Source: a bacterium
GTDB lineage: Bacteria > SZUA-182 > DTGQ01 > JAFGSM01
Assembly: GCA_049472335.1 (NCBI GenBank)
Contig: JBLIRO010000009.1
Coordinates: forward strand, 1 to 64,000
Length of the DNA: 64,000 nucleotides
Direction: 5' to 3'
Positions 45,686-55,003 of the stretch are shown here, one piece after another; the stretch's first letter is position 1; the number at the start of each line of letters is the position of its first letter. The notes under the pieces were generated by a model that saw only the letters and a list, made by a program, of their open reading frames with translations, searched no databases and was not told the origin of the DNA. A program made the position numbers and the translations under genes.

Positions 45686-46882
45686 CTATAAGTGCGCTAC
45701 AGTATAGGTGCCGGATTCTATAACGTAACCACTATTCGTATTGATACTGTAAGTTCCACTTAAATTTGTTCCCGAAATATTAGCCTTCACAGATAATGTG
45801 TAGAACTCGACTCCATTGACTAGTATACCTGTTAGCGTGATGCTTGTTCCATTGATTGTCCCGTTCAAAGTGGTATTAATTTTTTGATAACTATTAACTG
45901 CAAAGGATATATTGCCATATAATGCAGTTCCGTTTTGAGTTAAGGATAGAGTAAGATCACCATCTTCTATTGTTCCGTCAGACAGAGTAGTAAACCAGGT
46001 GCCGGCCCATGATCCGTTTACATTGAGTAAATTGGCCTCGGTGGTTGAAGTGGTGCTGGAATTAGTTTGATAGTAAGGCAGAGGCTGATTATAGTTAATT
46101 GTCTGATTGTAAGGATTAACCGTATTGCTTGCATAGGGGTTTGAGAGGGTTGCATAGGGATTTATATATGGATTTGGGTTATAAGTATAGGCCGACTGAT
46201 AAGGATTTATAGTATTAACCAATCCAGTATTATAGTTGTAAGGGTAAGAAACATAAGGATTCTGATAATAGTTTTGATTCGGTAAATAGCTGACAAGCGG
46301 GTTTAAATACAAACCGGATAGGCTTAAAGGTGATGTTGTAAGTCCCGAAAAAATTGATGGATAGTAGGAAGTCGCTTGAGCTGTATAATTTGAGCCGTCA
46401 CTGTTTGTTGTCCCGTTTGTTGTAGTATTTATTGCTGAAATCTGAGTATTATACAGGCCTGCCAGATTCAGAGGAAGTCCAAGTGAGCTAAGTGGATTGT
46501 ATACCAGGGACGAATATGAATATCCTAATGGGTCATAATTATAAAAAAGATTCCCTGTATTTAAGGGTGAATATCCATAAGGATAAACACTGCCATAAGG
46601 ATTAGCAAAAGATGGCACGTAATTTCCCAGGCTAACACTATTATAGGGATTGGTTTGACTATACGGATCAAGATAGCTACTTGTAGTATATGGCCAATAG
46701 GACGATGTTTGATAACCCGAGTAAATAGTGTTCTGATAATTTGGGTAGCCCAGAGTGCCCGTTTGATAATTTAAGTTTGGATTATAATAAGTAGTGTTTT
46801 GTGCAATACTTAAAGAGCAGGAGATGATTATAAAAATTGGCAACACCAAAAGGAAGGGTATATAAAATCTTCTATAAATCAT
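45686..46882 (-). CDS. Secreted Tyr/Asn/Pro/Ser/Thr-rich protein with C-terminal beta-rich globular domain
   Basis: aaggag RBS before ATG 46882; signal ending SIA|Q; ~260 aa of NPY/YNP-rich sequence, then VNGSWAGTW...LTLSLTQNG...GTY. Confidence 0.8.
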   Translation of the reverse strand: MIYRRFYIPFLLVLPIFIIISCSLSIAQNTTYYNPNLNYQTGTLGYPNYQNTIYSGYQTSSYWPYTTSSYLDPYSQTNPYNSVSLGNYVPSFANPYGSVYPYGYSPLNTGNLFYNYDPLGYSYSSLVYNPLSSLGLPLNLAGLYNTQISAINTTTNGTTNSDGSNYTAQATSYYPSIFSGLTTSPLSLSGLYLNPLVSYLPNQNYYQNPYVSYPYNYNTGLVNTINPYQSAYTYNPNPYINPYATLSNPYASNTVNPYNQTINYNQPLPYYQTNSSTTSTTEANLLNVNGSWAGTWFTTLSDGTIEDGDLTLSLTQNGTALYGNISFAVNSYQKINTTLNGTINGTSITLTGILVNGVEFYTLSVKANISGTNLSGTYSINTNSGYVIESGTYTVAHL

Positions 46883-47081
46883 AGGAAACTCTCCTTTCAC
46901 GAGATTTTAAGAGCCGTTTTCGTAATCTTACTCAATATTCCAACTCGTTTAACCAACTCTAACTCGAAAAGGAGTGAATCCTGTTTTTTATTTTATTCCT
47001 TTATCATTATACCACATACCACCTTTCATTCTCATGCTTTACCAAAGAGCCTTTTATTGATCATTGTTCGGAAAATAGTAA

Positions 47082-47097
47082 AGCAAAGTACGTGCCA
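47082..47097 (-). promoter_or_regulatory. sigma54 (-24/-12) promoter for 45686..46882
   Basis: Minus strand reads TGGCAC-GTACT-TTGCT, a full consensus match. Confidence 0.78.
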
Positions 47098-47612
47098 TTT
47101 GTTAAATTGTTTTTTATCCTGGTTTAATATATTGTATTTATTGACAATATAATATTGAGCCTTTTTCTGTTTGTGTTTTGAGATATTTTAAGCTCTCTTT
47201 GGTACCACAATTATTTCGTTGACTTTTGGCTAAACTTATTGATATATATGGTATAAATACCAGATATGAATATATGTGCATATATGAAATAAATATTACA
47301 CTATTTTCATAATGATAAAAATAATGTAAAATAAGTCACAATAGGGATTTTATTGACAACAAATAAAAAAAGGGTAAGATAATATACTATAGGATTTCTT
47401 ATAAATATATAATTAGAATTACTGATTAAATTGTTTCATCTTGAAATACCAATATGCTTTTAGTATAAAATAGTATATATGCGGAATTTTTTTTATAATA
47501 TTGATAAGATAATTGAAAGTTTTTTATAGGCGAAATGATTTTTTACGAATGCATCAATTTTAAGTTATTTGTTTTGTAAAAAGTCGAAGGAATTTAAACT
47601 AAAGGATCTCAG

Positions 47613-48077
47613 ATGAATCGAATAAAAGTAGAACGGCTTGATATTATTGAAGCTTTTGAGGCTAATAATCCCAGCCTAACCTATTTTCTTAATAAGGAAT
47701 CCGGCGAAGTGATAAAGGTAGACGAAGGCTTTTGTGCTGATGAGACTATATCAGGCATTGACTATTTTTCTGATCCAAAGTACATTCGGATACCCAGAAT
47801 TTCAGATAGAGAAGGATTAAGGATAAGGGAAGAATACCTGACACGTATCAGTAATGAAGACTTGTGTGACAGACTGGAACAGATCCTTATAGGCAGGGGA
47901 TCATTAAAAAGGTTTGTAGATATCCTCCGCGTATATCCTTCATACTATGAAGAGTGGGTGAGATTTAAAAATCACAAAATAATGAAAATAATAGAAACAT
48001 GGTCTAAGGGATTGGAAATTGAGCTTGATCTTGTAAATTTGCCCGGTTTAAATGATATTATAAATAAAGATAATTGA
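47613..48077 (+). CDS. UPF0158-family protein
   Basis: YFLNKESGEV, YIRIP and GRGSLKRFVDIL...EEWVRFK resemble UPF0158. Confidence 0.75.
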   Translation: MNRIKVERLDIIEAFEANNPSLTYFLNKESGEVIKVDEGFCADETISGIDYFSDPKYIRIPRISDREGLRIREEYLTRISNEDLCDRLEQILIGRGSLKRFVDILRVYPSYYEEWVRFKNHKIMKIIETWSKGLEIELDLVNLPGLNDIINKDN

Positions 48078-48168
48078 GTATAACTAAACGAATATAACCG
48101 GCACATTCGGTTATTTCAGGATTTAAATCAGAGAAGTTTATATAGTTAATATTCGGAGGCTTCAAAAG

Positions 48169-49113
48169 ATGGCCGAGCAACTTGCGGGTGTTTTTTGGCA
48201 GGGAAAACATCTGGCCGGTAGTAATCTTATGGGTGCAAATCTTTTCCAGGCAAACTTGGAAAGAGCCAACCTTGACAGGGTGGATCTCCGATGGGCGAAT
48301 CTGGAAAATGTTTATGCGCGGGAAGTTTCAGCCAGACACGCCAATTTGAGGGACTGCTGGGCTCAGCGGATAAACATGGAGAAGGCATGCCTTGAGGGCG
48401 CAGATTTAACCGGAGCGAGATTCCCTTTCGCATTCCTTTATGAAGCAGATCTTTCATATACACATCTTGAGGGAGCCCAGCTTATAGGAGTAAATCTTAA
48501 CAACGCAAAGCTATTGGGTGCTAAATTGATTAATACGGATCTCCAGGGTGCTCAACTCAGAAATGTCAATATGGCTGGCGCAGTTTTAATAGGCTGTAAT
48601 TTTGGTGATGCCACACTCGCCGATGTTAATCTCATCGCGGCACAGATAATGGGTGGCAATTTTCATGGGGCGGGCTTAGAGAGAGTCAATCTGAGCCAGG
48701 CGATTATAGAAGGCGTTGATTTGTCAGGCGCATCGATTATTCAAATAGATCCAACAGGTCCCGGGATGAAAATGATCGATCTGTGCGGGATGAATTTAGA
48801 TCATATAGACATGAAGGGCAGAGATTTATCGAATCGAAATTTTCAAGGAACAAGTTTGATCGGAGTAAATTTTTTTGAGGCCGATTTGAGTAAAGCCAGC
48901 TTTAGGGATGCAAACCTTATGTCGGCCAATCTGAAAAGATCCAATATCATAGGCGCTTGTTTTGATTACTCAATATTGACCGGGGCTGATTTGTCCGAAA
49001 TAACCGAATTTGAAGGTGCGACTTTTAATGGAGCTAATTGGTGGCATGCCAGAACCGGGCCTGAGGGAAAGTTCAAAAATTATCTCATGAAAATATATCC
49101 CAAGTCATTTTGA
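48169..49113 (+). CDS. Pentapeptide repeat protein
   Basis: Continuous A(N/D)Lxx pentapeptide periodicity. Confidence 0.92.
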   Translation: MAEQLAGVFWQGKHLAGSNLMGANLFQANLERANLDRVDLRWANLENVYAREVSARHANLRDCWAQRINMEKACLEGADLTGARFPFAFLYEADLSYTHLEGAQLIGVNLNNAKLLGAKLINTDLQGAQLRNVNMAGAVLIGCNFGDATLADVNLIAAQIMGGNFHGAGLERVNLSQAIIEGVDLSGASIIQIDPTGPGMKMIDLCGMNLDHIDMKGRDLSNRNFQGTSLIGVNFFEADLSKASFRDANLMSANLKRSNIIGACFDYSILTGADLSEITEFEGATFNGANWWHARTGPEGKFKNYLMKIYPKSF

Positions 49114-49169
49114 TTTACATCAATAATAGTATTATTAAGTTTAATTTGTAAATAAGGAATTGATTAATT

Positions 49170-50216
49170 ATGTCAGAAGATCAGAAAAGGCTGACCAGCT
49201 TCAGCCGTTTCTCCGGGTGAACAGCCAAGCTGGGTCCGGGGGTTCTGGACCAGGCCTTGTGCGGTCTCTCGTTAAAAAAAGATCCTAATCTCCTGATAGG
49301 CATTGAGAGTTCTGAGGATGCAGGGGTTTATAAATTGACCGATGAGATTGCACTGGTTCAGACCATTGATTTTTTCACTCCAATGGTTGACGATCCCTAT
49401 GATTTTGGACAAATCGCAGCGGCCAATTCGTTGAGCGATATATATGCCACCGGTGGAAAACCTTTGACTGCAATGAACATGATCGGTTTTCCTGTTAATG
49501 ATCTTGACCTGTCTGTTATGCAGCAAATCATTAAAGGAGGATTAGAAAAGATATACGAATCCGGTGCTGTTTTAGTTGGGGGACATTCTGTCGATGACCA
49601 GGAGTTGAAATACGGGCTTTCTGTTACAGGTATCGTCAACCCTAATAAAATCTGGTCAAATATTGGGGCAAGACAGGGAGACAAGATTTTATTAACCAAG
49701 CCGATTGGTCTGGGTGTCTTAAATACGGCTATCAAGGCAAATATGGCCTCTGATGAAGAAGTTAAAAGTGCTGTGCAAATTATGGCCCATTTGAATCGTA
49801 TCTCTTCAGAAATTATGGCTCAATCAGGAGGTGTACATGCCTGCACGGATGTGACAGGCTTCGGACTGATCGGGCATCTCTATAATATCTGTAAATATAG
49901 CAATGTTAGTATAAAATTAAATTCAGAAAGTATACCCATAATTAAAGGAGCTAAAAATTATTGTAAAATGGGGTTGCTTCCGGCAGGAGCATATGCAAAT
50001 CGAAAATTTTACCAATCCCGTGTGAATGTCAGCTCAAATATATCTGATTTTATTACACACCTGCTTTATGATCCTCAAACATCCGGTGGATTATTGGCCT
50101 GCGTAGATCCTGAAAAAATCGATCTTATCCTTGATGAACTTTTAAAAAAAGGGGAATCCTGGTGCAGAGTCATAGGAGAGGTGTCAGGTCCCGGAGAAGG
50201 ATTGTTCCTGGAATAG
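49170..50216 (+). CDS. selD: Selenide, water dikinase (selenophosphate synthetase), selenocysteine-containing
   Basis: ATG 49170 gives MSEDQKRLTSFSRFSG-TGA(49218)-TAKLGP, in frame with the tracked ORF (EDAGVY, DFFTP, ANSLSD, GGHS, TDVTGFGL, DPQTSGGLL). Confidence 0.93.
49230..49253 (+). promoter_or_regulatory. Bacterial SECIS-like hairpin
   Basis: ctg(g)gtccgg-gggtt-ctggaccag stem-loop starting 10 nt after the UGA, with a G-rich apical loop about 19 nt from the UGA. Confidence 0.7.
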
Positions 50217-50444
50217 TTCAAATATACATCTTTTTTATCCCATTGTCTATCTCTAACTAATTGAATATTTGTAGTTTAGACTAAATTTTTGAAGAAATGA
50301 CTTTTTTGCAGATCCATAAATAGGCGCTTAATGAAAACTTTCAGTTGAAGAGATAGGGAAGTCAATGATATCATAAAGTTATTTTTACGAATCCATAAAT
50401 TTTAATAAGAAATTAAAAAAATGATTATAAATTGAGGAGGATCG

Positions 50445-50630
50445 ATGCGATATCTTTTATCTGTTTTGTCAATGGTACTAATCATAGAGGGGATACCTTA
50501 TTTCATGTTCCCCAGGAAATTCAAGGAGCTTATACGAATGGTTCTGGAGATTGAGGAGTCTTATTTAAGGATAGCAGGTTTGGGGCTGATGTTGGTTGGG
50601 TTGACCCTCCTTTATCTAACCATGGGATAA
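50445..50630 (+). CDS. DUF2065 (YjeT-like) membrane protein
   Basis: MVLIIEGIPYFMFP...LRIAGL; gaggagg RBS. Confidence 0.85.
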   Translation: MRYLLSVLSMVLIIEGIPYFMFPRKFKELIRMVLEIEESYLRIAGLGLMLVGLTLLYLTMG

Positions 50631-50635
50631 TAATT

Positions 50636-51628
50636 ATGGAACGTGTTGTCAGAGGAGTGGCTTTATATTCCGGAGGATTGGACAGTATCCTTTCCATAAA
50701 ACTTATTCTGGATCTGGGTGCTCATGTAGAGGCCCTCATTTTTAAGACGCCTTTTTTTGGTGCAAAGATTAATGATAATATTTCTCTTTTAAAGGATTAT
50801 AATCATCTGAGGTATAGAAAGATCGATATAACCCGCAAGTTTGTGAAAATACTTGCTTCACCAAAGTATGGATACGGGAAAAACCTGAATCCATGCATAG
50901 ATTGTAGAATTTTAATGTTGCGTGAGGCAAAATCATACATGGAAAAAATAGGGGCTGATTTTGTCTTTACAGGTGAAGTTTTAGGACAAAGGCCAATGTC
51001 TCAGAGAAGGGATCTCATGAGGATTTCGGAAAAGGAATCCGGACTCGAAGGGGTTCTTCTGAGACCTTTATCAGCCAAACTGCTTAATCCGACAAAAGTG
51101 GAAGATGCCGGTTTAATAGACCGGGAGAAATTGCTTGATTTAAAAGGAAGATCGAGAAAAAGACAGATTGATATGGCTAAGGATTTGAATTGGAATGATT
51201 TCCCAACCCCGGGCGGAGGCTGTTTATTAACTGATAAAGCCTTTGCGAATAAATTGAAGCCTTTTTTAGATAAGGGGATAACGGATACTGATATTTTGAA
51301 ATGGTTAAGGATCGGGAGACATTTTATCCTTCCTTGCGGAACAAGTATTGTTGTTGGACGAAACCATATTGAAAATACCGCTATCCTGGATATGGCAGGA
51401 AAGGATGAGACATTGATAAAGACTGTAACAGTTCCGGGCCCGGTGGCCATCATCCTTGGGCAGCCATCAGAGGAGACAGTAAGATTTGCCGCATCTTTAA
51501 TGGCAGGTTATAGTGACTTTAAAGGTCCGGGTAAGGTGGATGTCGCCCTTGGTAAAGGGGGGGATTTCATAAAAGAAATCAAGGTCTATCCCCTAGCGAG
51601 AAAGGATTCAGAGGTATATAGAATTTGA
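50636..51628 (+). CDS. PP-loop tRNA sulfurtransferase-like protein (ThiI/MnmA-related, DUF814-type C-terminus)
   Basis: SGGLDS, NPCIDC, TGEVLGQRPMSQ, LLRPLSA, PTPGGGC and VGRN..EN. Confidence 0.82.
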   Translation: MERVVRGVALYSGGLDSILSIKLILDLGAHVEALIFKTPFFGAKINDNISLLKDYNHLRYRKIDITRKFVKILASPKYGYGKNLNPCIDCRILMLREAKSYMEKIGADFVFTGEVLGQRPMSQRRDLMRISEKESGLEGVLLRPLSAKLLNPTKVEDAGLIDREKLLDLKGRSRKRQIDMAKDLNWNDFPTPGGGCLLTDKAFANKLKPFLDKGITDTDILKWLRIGRHFILPCGTSIVVGRNHIENTAILDMAGKDETLIKTVTVPGPVAIILGQPSEETVRFAASLMAGYSDFKGPGKVDVALGKGGDFIKEIKVYPLARKDSEVYRI

Positions 51629-54294
51629 CGAAACAAGGCTCTCAGAGAAAATATGTCTTTTCCATCACAAGATCTTTATTAAAAGGAGGTCTTATACTGG
51701 TTTTTACATTCCTTCTCCTTTGTCCTGAATCCTCTGTCTTGGTATTTGCAAAGGATAGCGGTATACGAGAAGACCTTGGTAATGCCTTGAATTACTTTCA
51801 AAATGGTCATTTTGACAAGGCTTTGAAAACGTTCGAATCAGTTATAGAAAAAGACCCAAATACCCCTGAAGCTTTGGAGGCCTTATTCTACAGAGCTGAA
51901 TGCCTTTTTTCTCTTCAAATCTGGCCGGAAGCGATAGATGCCTATGAAGAGATCCGAGAGGAGGACTTTAAGCATCCATTGAAAGAACAAATAAATTACC
52001 GGATCATATTGGCAAGATTCGCTCAAAAGGAATGGACTATTGCATTAGATGAAGCAGAGAGATTTTTGACAACCTTTCCCAAAAGTACATCATGGACCAG
52101 GGTTATTTACCTTAAGGCATGGGCATTATATATGTGCGGCCAGTATAAAAAGGCGGTTGATTTTTTACTCGGCCGGCCTGAATATACTTCCGCCCTGGGA
52201 CTGCAAAATATCGATCCCTGGATAAAGGCAGAGGAAGCCATGATGAGTTGGGATTATGAAAAATCCATTACCATTTTCAGAGAGATAATCGATAACCAAA
52301 AATGTGGTCCGAATGGGAATAATTATTGGCTTGAGCATTTAAGGCTTGCCGAGTGCTTTATGAAGTTATGGAAATTTCAGCAAGCCCATAAAATTCTAAG
52401 GTTGATCGAAAAAAGCAATGCGGATGAAGACTTAAAGATTTACGCTCTCCTGGAAGAAGGTGAGGCCTATCTGAATCAAGGATGGTTCGCCAAGGCGAAT
52501 GAAACATTTTCATCGATTTCCCGGTCAAATCATTATGGTTCATATGGGGATAGGATTCTGTTCCTTACTGCACAGTCTTTCCTGCATTTAAAGAGATGGA
52601 AGGATTCCGGGGATCTTTTTTATACCCTTACAATCAAATATCCGGAAAGCGCTTATCTGGAGGAAACAGAATGGAGAATAGCTGAAACCTCATATGAACA
52701 ATGTGATTTTCAAAAGGCTGTTGAGTTATTAAATATTTTTATAAAAAATTATCCCAATTCCATTTTTTCAGATAAAGCACTTTACATACTTGGATGGAGT
52801 TATATATATTTAGAAGAATTCTCTAACGCCGAAGATATCTTTAAAAGGCTGTTGAAGGATCATCCAGAAGGAGATTTATCGGCACAGACTTATTTTGCGG
52901 TAGGCCGGATTCACTTTAATAGAGGTCAATATGAAAGCGCAGGCGATTTTTTTCTCAATGCTGAAATCCATGCGAAGGATAAAGATCTCATACAAAAGGC
53001 AAAATTTTTTATGGCATTAAGACATTTCTATTTAAAGGATTATAGTCAGGCCAGAAAGGGTTTTAAGGAGATCCTGAAGGAGGGAATCGATACGGACAAC
53101 AAAAGCGCACTTTTGTTTTTGGGATGGACATCCCTGGCAGAGGGAAGGTATAAAGAAGCCGGCAGTTCGTTTAGAAAATTCCTTGAAACAAACCCCGTTT
53201 CCTTTTATTCGGAAGCAAGACTGCCTCTTATATGGCGTCTGGCTAAAAACGCTTATCTTTTGGGTGATTATCAGGGAACCTGGCATTGGACGGATCTTAT
53301 ATTGTGTGAAGCTTATGAGACTCCATACCACAAGCCGGCAAAGGCCCTGAGATTACAATGCCTCCTGGATTCCAAGGATTATAAGGAGTATCTTGAAATG
53401 TCCGACCAATTTCTGGATCAAAACCCAAGATTGGATTTAAATCTTTCTCAGGATTTTGCAAAGGCAGATATACTGGTAAAAAAAGGTGAGTTACGCCTGG
53501 CCGCTGAGCTTTTTAAAGATCTTTCCGTCAAATATGCAACCTTTGACGGAGAGATTGATGCCTTATTTGAGCTTGGAATGATACAAAAGGCTCAGGGGCT
53601 TTATAAATCGGCCCTTAGAACCTATGCACATGCCATTGACCGCTGTTCGGATAGCAGTAATAAACTAAAAATCCATCAGGCTATGGGAGAGATCTTATTT
53701 AAGGAAAAGGCATATGGCTTCGCCTCACGTCACTTTAAAAAAGCGTTTTCAGCAGGAGCGAACGATGCCCTCAGGGCAAAGACATCTCTTTTTCTGGGAT
53801 TGATTAGTAGCATACAAGGGCAAAAAGAGATCGCACATCATAGATTTATGGAGTTTTTTGCAGGCAGTACCCTTGATGAGATGTCAATTGCTGAGAAGAT
53901 AGATTTAGGCTTATTTTTAGAGGATGCAGCCGAATATTCTTTTGCCATAAAGGTTTTCCAAAAGGTGATTGAATCAGAAACGGATAGGAAGAAAAAGGCG
54001 GAAGCCCAATTTTGGATAGGTGAATGTTATCAAAAAATGGGGGATCTTAAAATGGCGGTGCAAGAATATCTCCTTGTGATTAAACTTTATCCGGATGCGG
54101 GGATATGGGGTATTACAGCAAGATTCAAGTCTGCTGAAATCTATCAGAAAACGGGAAATTTGACAAAGGCCCTTGCATTATACAGAAACGTGGAGAGGCT
54201 TGGAAAAGGTGAATCGTACGGCCGGTTCGCAACCAAGAGGATTAATGAGATAGAAGAGTTGGTTAAAAAGAAGAAGAAAGGAGGAATTATTTAA
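51625..54294 (+). CDS. Exported TPR-repeat protein
   Basis: N-terminal hydrophobic leader and many TPR units (ALFYRAECLF, ALYILGWSY, AQFWIGECY). Confidence 0.88.
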   Translation: MTKQGSQRKYVFSITRSLLKGGLILVFTFLLLCPESSVLVFAKDSGIREDLGNALNYFQNGHFDKALKTFESVIEKDPNTPEALEALFYRAECLFSLQIWPEAIDAYEEIREEDFKHPLKEQINYRIILARFAQKEWTIALDEAERFLTTFPKSTSWTRVIYLKAWALYMCGQYKKAVDFLLGRPEYTSALGLQNIDPWIKAEEAMMSWDYEKSITIFREIIDNQKCGPNGNNYWLEHLRLAECFMKLWKFQQAHKILRLIEKSNADEDLKIYALLEEGEAYLNQGWFAKANETFSSISRSNHYGSYGDRILFLTAQSFLHLKRWKDSGDLFYTLTIKYPESAYLEETEWRIAETSYEQCDFQKAVELLNIFIKNYPNSIFSDKALYILGWSYIYLEEFSNAEDIFKRLLKDHPEGDLSAQTYFAVGRIHFNRGQYESAGDFFLNAEIHAKDKDLIQKAKFFMALRHFYLKDYSQARKGFKEILKEGIDTDNKSALLFLGWTSLAEGRYKEAGSSFRKFLETNPVSFYSEARLPLIWRLAKNAYLLGDYQGTWHWTDLILCEAYETPYHKPAKALRLQCLLDSKDYKEYLEMSDQFLDQNPRLDLNLSQDFAKADILVKKGELRLAAELFKDLSVKYATFDGEIDALFELGMIQKAQGLYKSALRTYAHAIDRCSDSSNKLKIHQAMGEILFKEKAYGFASRHFKKAFSAGANDALRAKTSLFLGLISSIQGQKEIAHHRFMEFFAGSTLDEMSIAEKIDLGLFLEDAAEYSFAIKVFQKVIESETDRKKKAEAQFWIGECYQKMGDLKMAVQEYLLVIKLYPDAGIWGITARFKSAEIYQKTGNLTKALALYRNVERLGKGESYGRFATKRINEIEELVKKKKKGGII

Positions 54295-54572
54295 TGAGAT
54301 TGCGCAAAAAACAGATCGAATCCATATCTGAGAATATCGTTGAAGATTTATTACGGGAAAGCTCTATAATGTGTAAGGATGTTGAGGAGCTCAAGGCCTC
54401 TATTAGAAAGCAAATCATCGAGGACCTCATGATTGAGGATAAACTGAATGACGAGGTGAGAAAAATCCTTGATGAACATTCCTCTCAGATTCGCCAGGGC
54501 AGTATCGAATATCATAAAATGTTCAGGTTGGTGAAGGAAAAATTGGCAAGGGAGCGGAAGATTATTCTTTAA
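54294..54572 (+). CDS. DUF507-family protein
   Basis: MRL...EDKLNDEVRKIL...YHKMFRLVKEKLARERKIIL. Confidence 0.85.
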   Translation: MRLRKKQIESISENIVEDLLRESSIMCKDVEELKASIRKQIIEDLMIEDKLNDEVRKILDEHSSQIRQGSIEYHKMFRLVKEKLARERKIIL

Positions 54573-54619
54573 ATATTATTTAATAATATTAATATATTAA
54601 TAACAACAAGGAGGTGATC

Positions 54620-54895
54620 ATGAGATTAAGCAGATCAAAAATTAACCATCTCTCACATATTATTATCAAAACATTAGAAGAGGACCCTAATGTTGAAATA
54701 TTAAAGGATTCCAACCTGGTGCGTCTGGATATAGTAAGGATAATAACACGGGAATTGAAGGTTGAAGAAGAGGTTGATGAGATCGCTCGAAGAAAATTAT
54801 CATCTTACTCCAGAAAGATTCTGGAAGGCAGTCAGGAATGGGATGTCCTTTATCAGAAAATATTTGAAGAAGAAATGGATAAACGGGGTAAATAG
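54620..54895 (+). CDS. DUF507-family protein (second paralog)
   Basis: MRLSRSKINHLS...ARRKLSSYSRKILEGSQEWDVLY; ggaggtg RBS before ATG 54620. Confidence 0.85.
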   Translation: MRLSRSKINHLSHIIIKTLEEDPNVEILKDSNLVRLDIVRIITRELKVEEEVDEIARRKLSSYSRKILEGSQEWDVLYQKIFEEEMDKRGK

Positions 54896-55003
54896 ATTTT
54901 AAGGTTTTACGTTTTTTATTTATTATGGTAATCTAAAAATAAGGGCTTATTATAACTAGTAAAATAATAAAATAATAAATCTATCTTTTTGTGCTGATTA
55001 CCC

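Noticed and set aside
49257..50216. selD starting at TTG 49257, or selD as a pseudogene
   Set aside because: That start would omit the catalytic U/C-x-x-K motif; the upstream ATG, UGA and hairpin fit Sec recoding better.
50636..51628. tRNA sulfurtransferase-like gene near selD as a tRNA selenation module
   Set aside because: It lacks the rhodanese/SelU features, and proximity alone is insufficient evidence.
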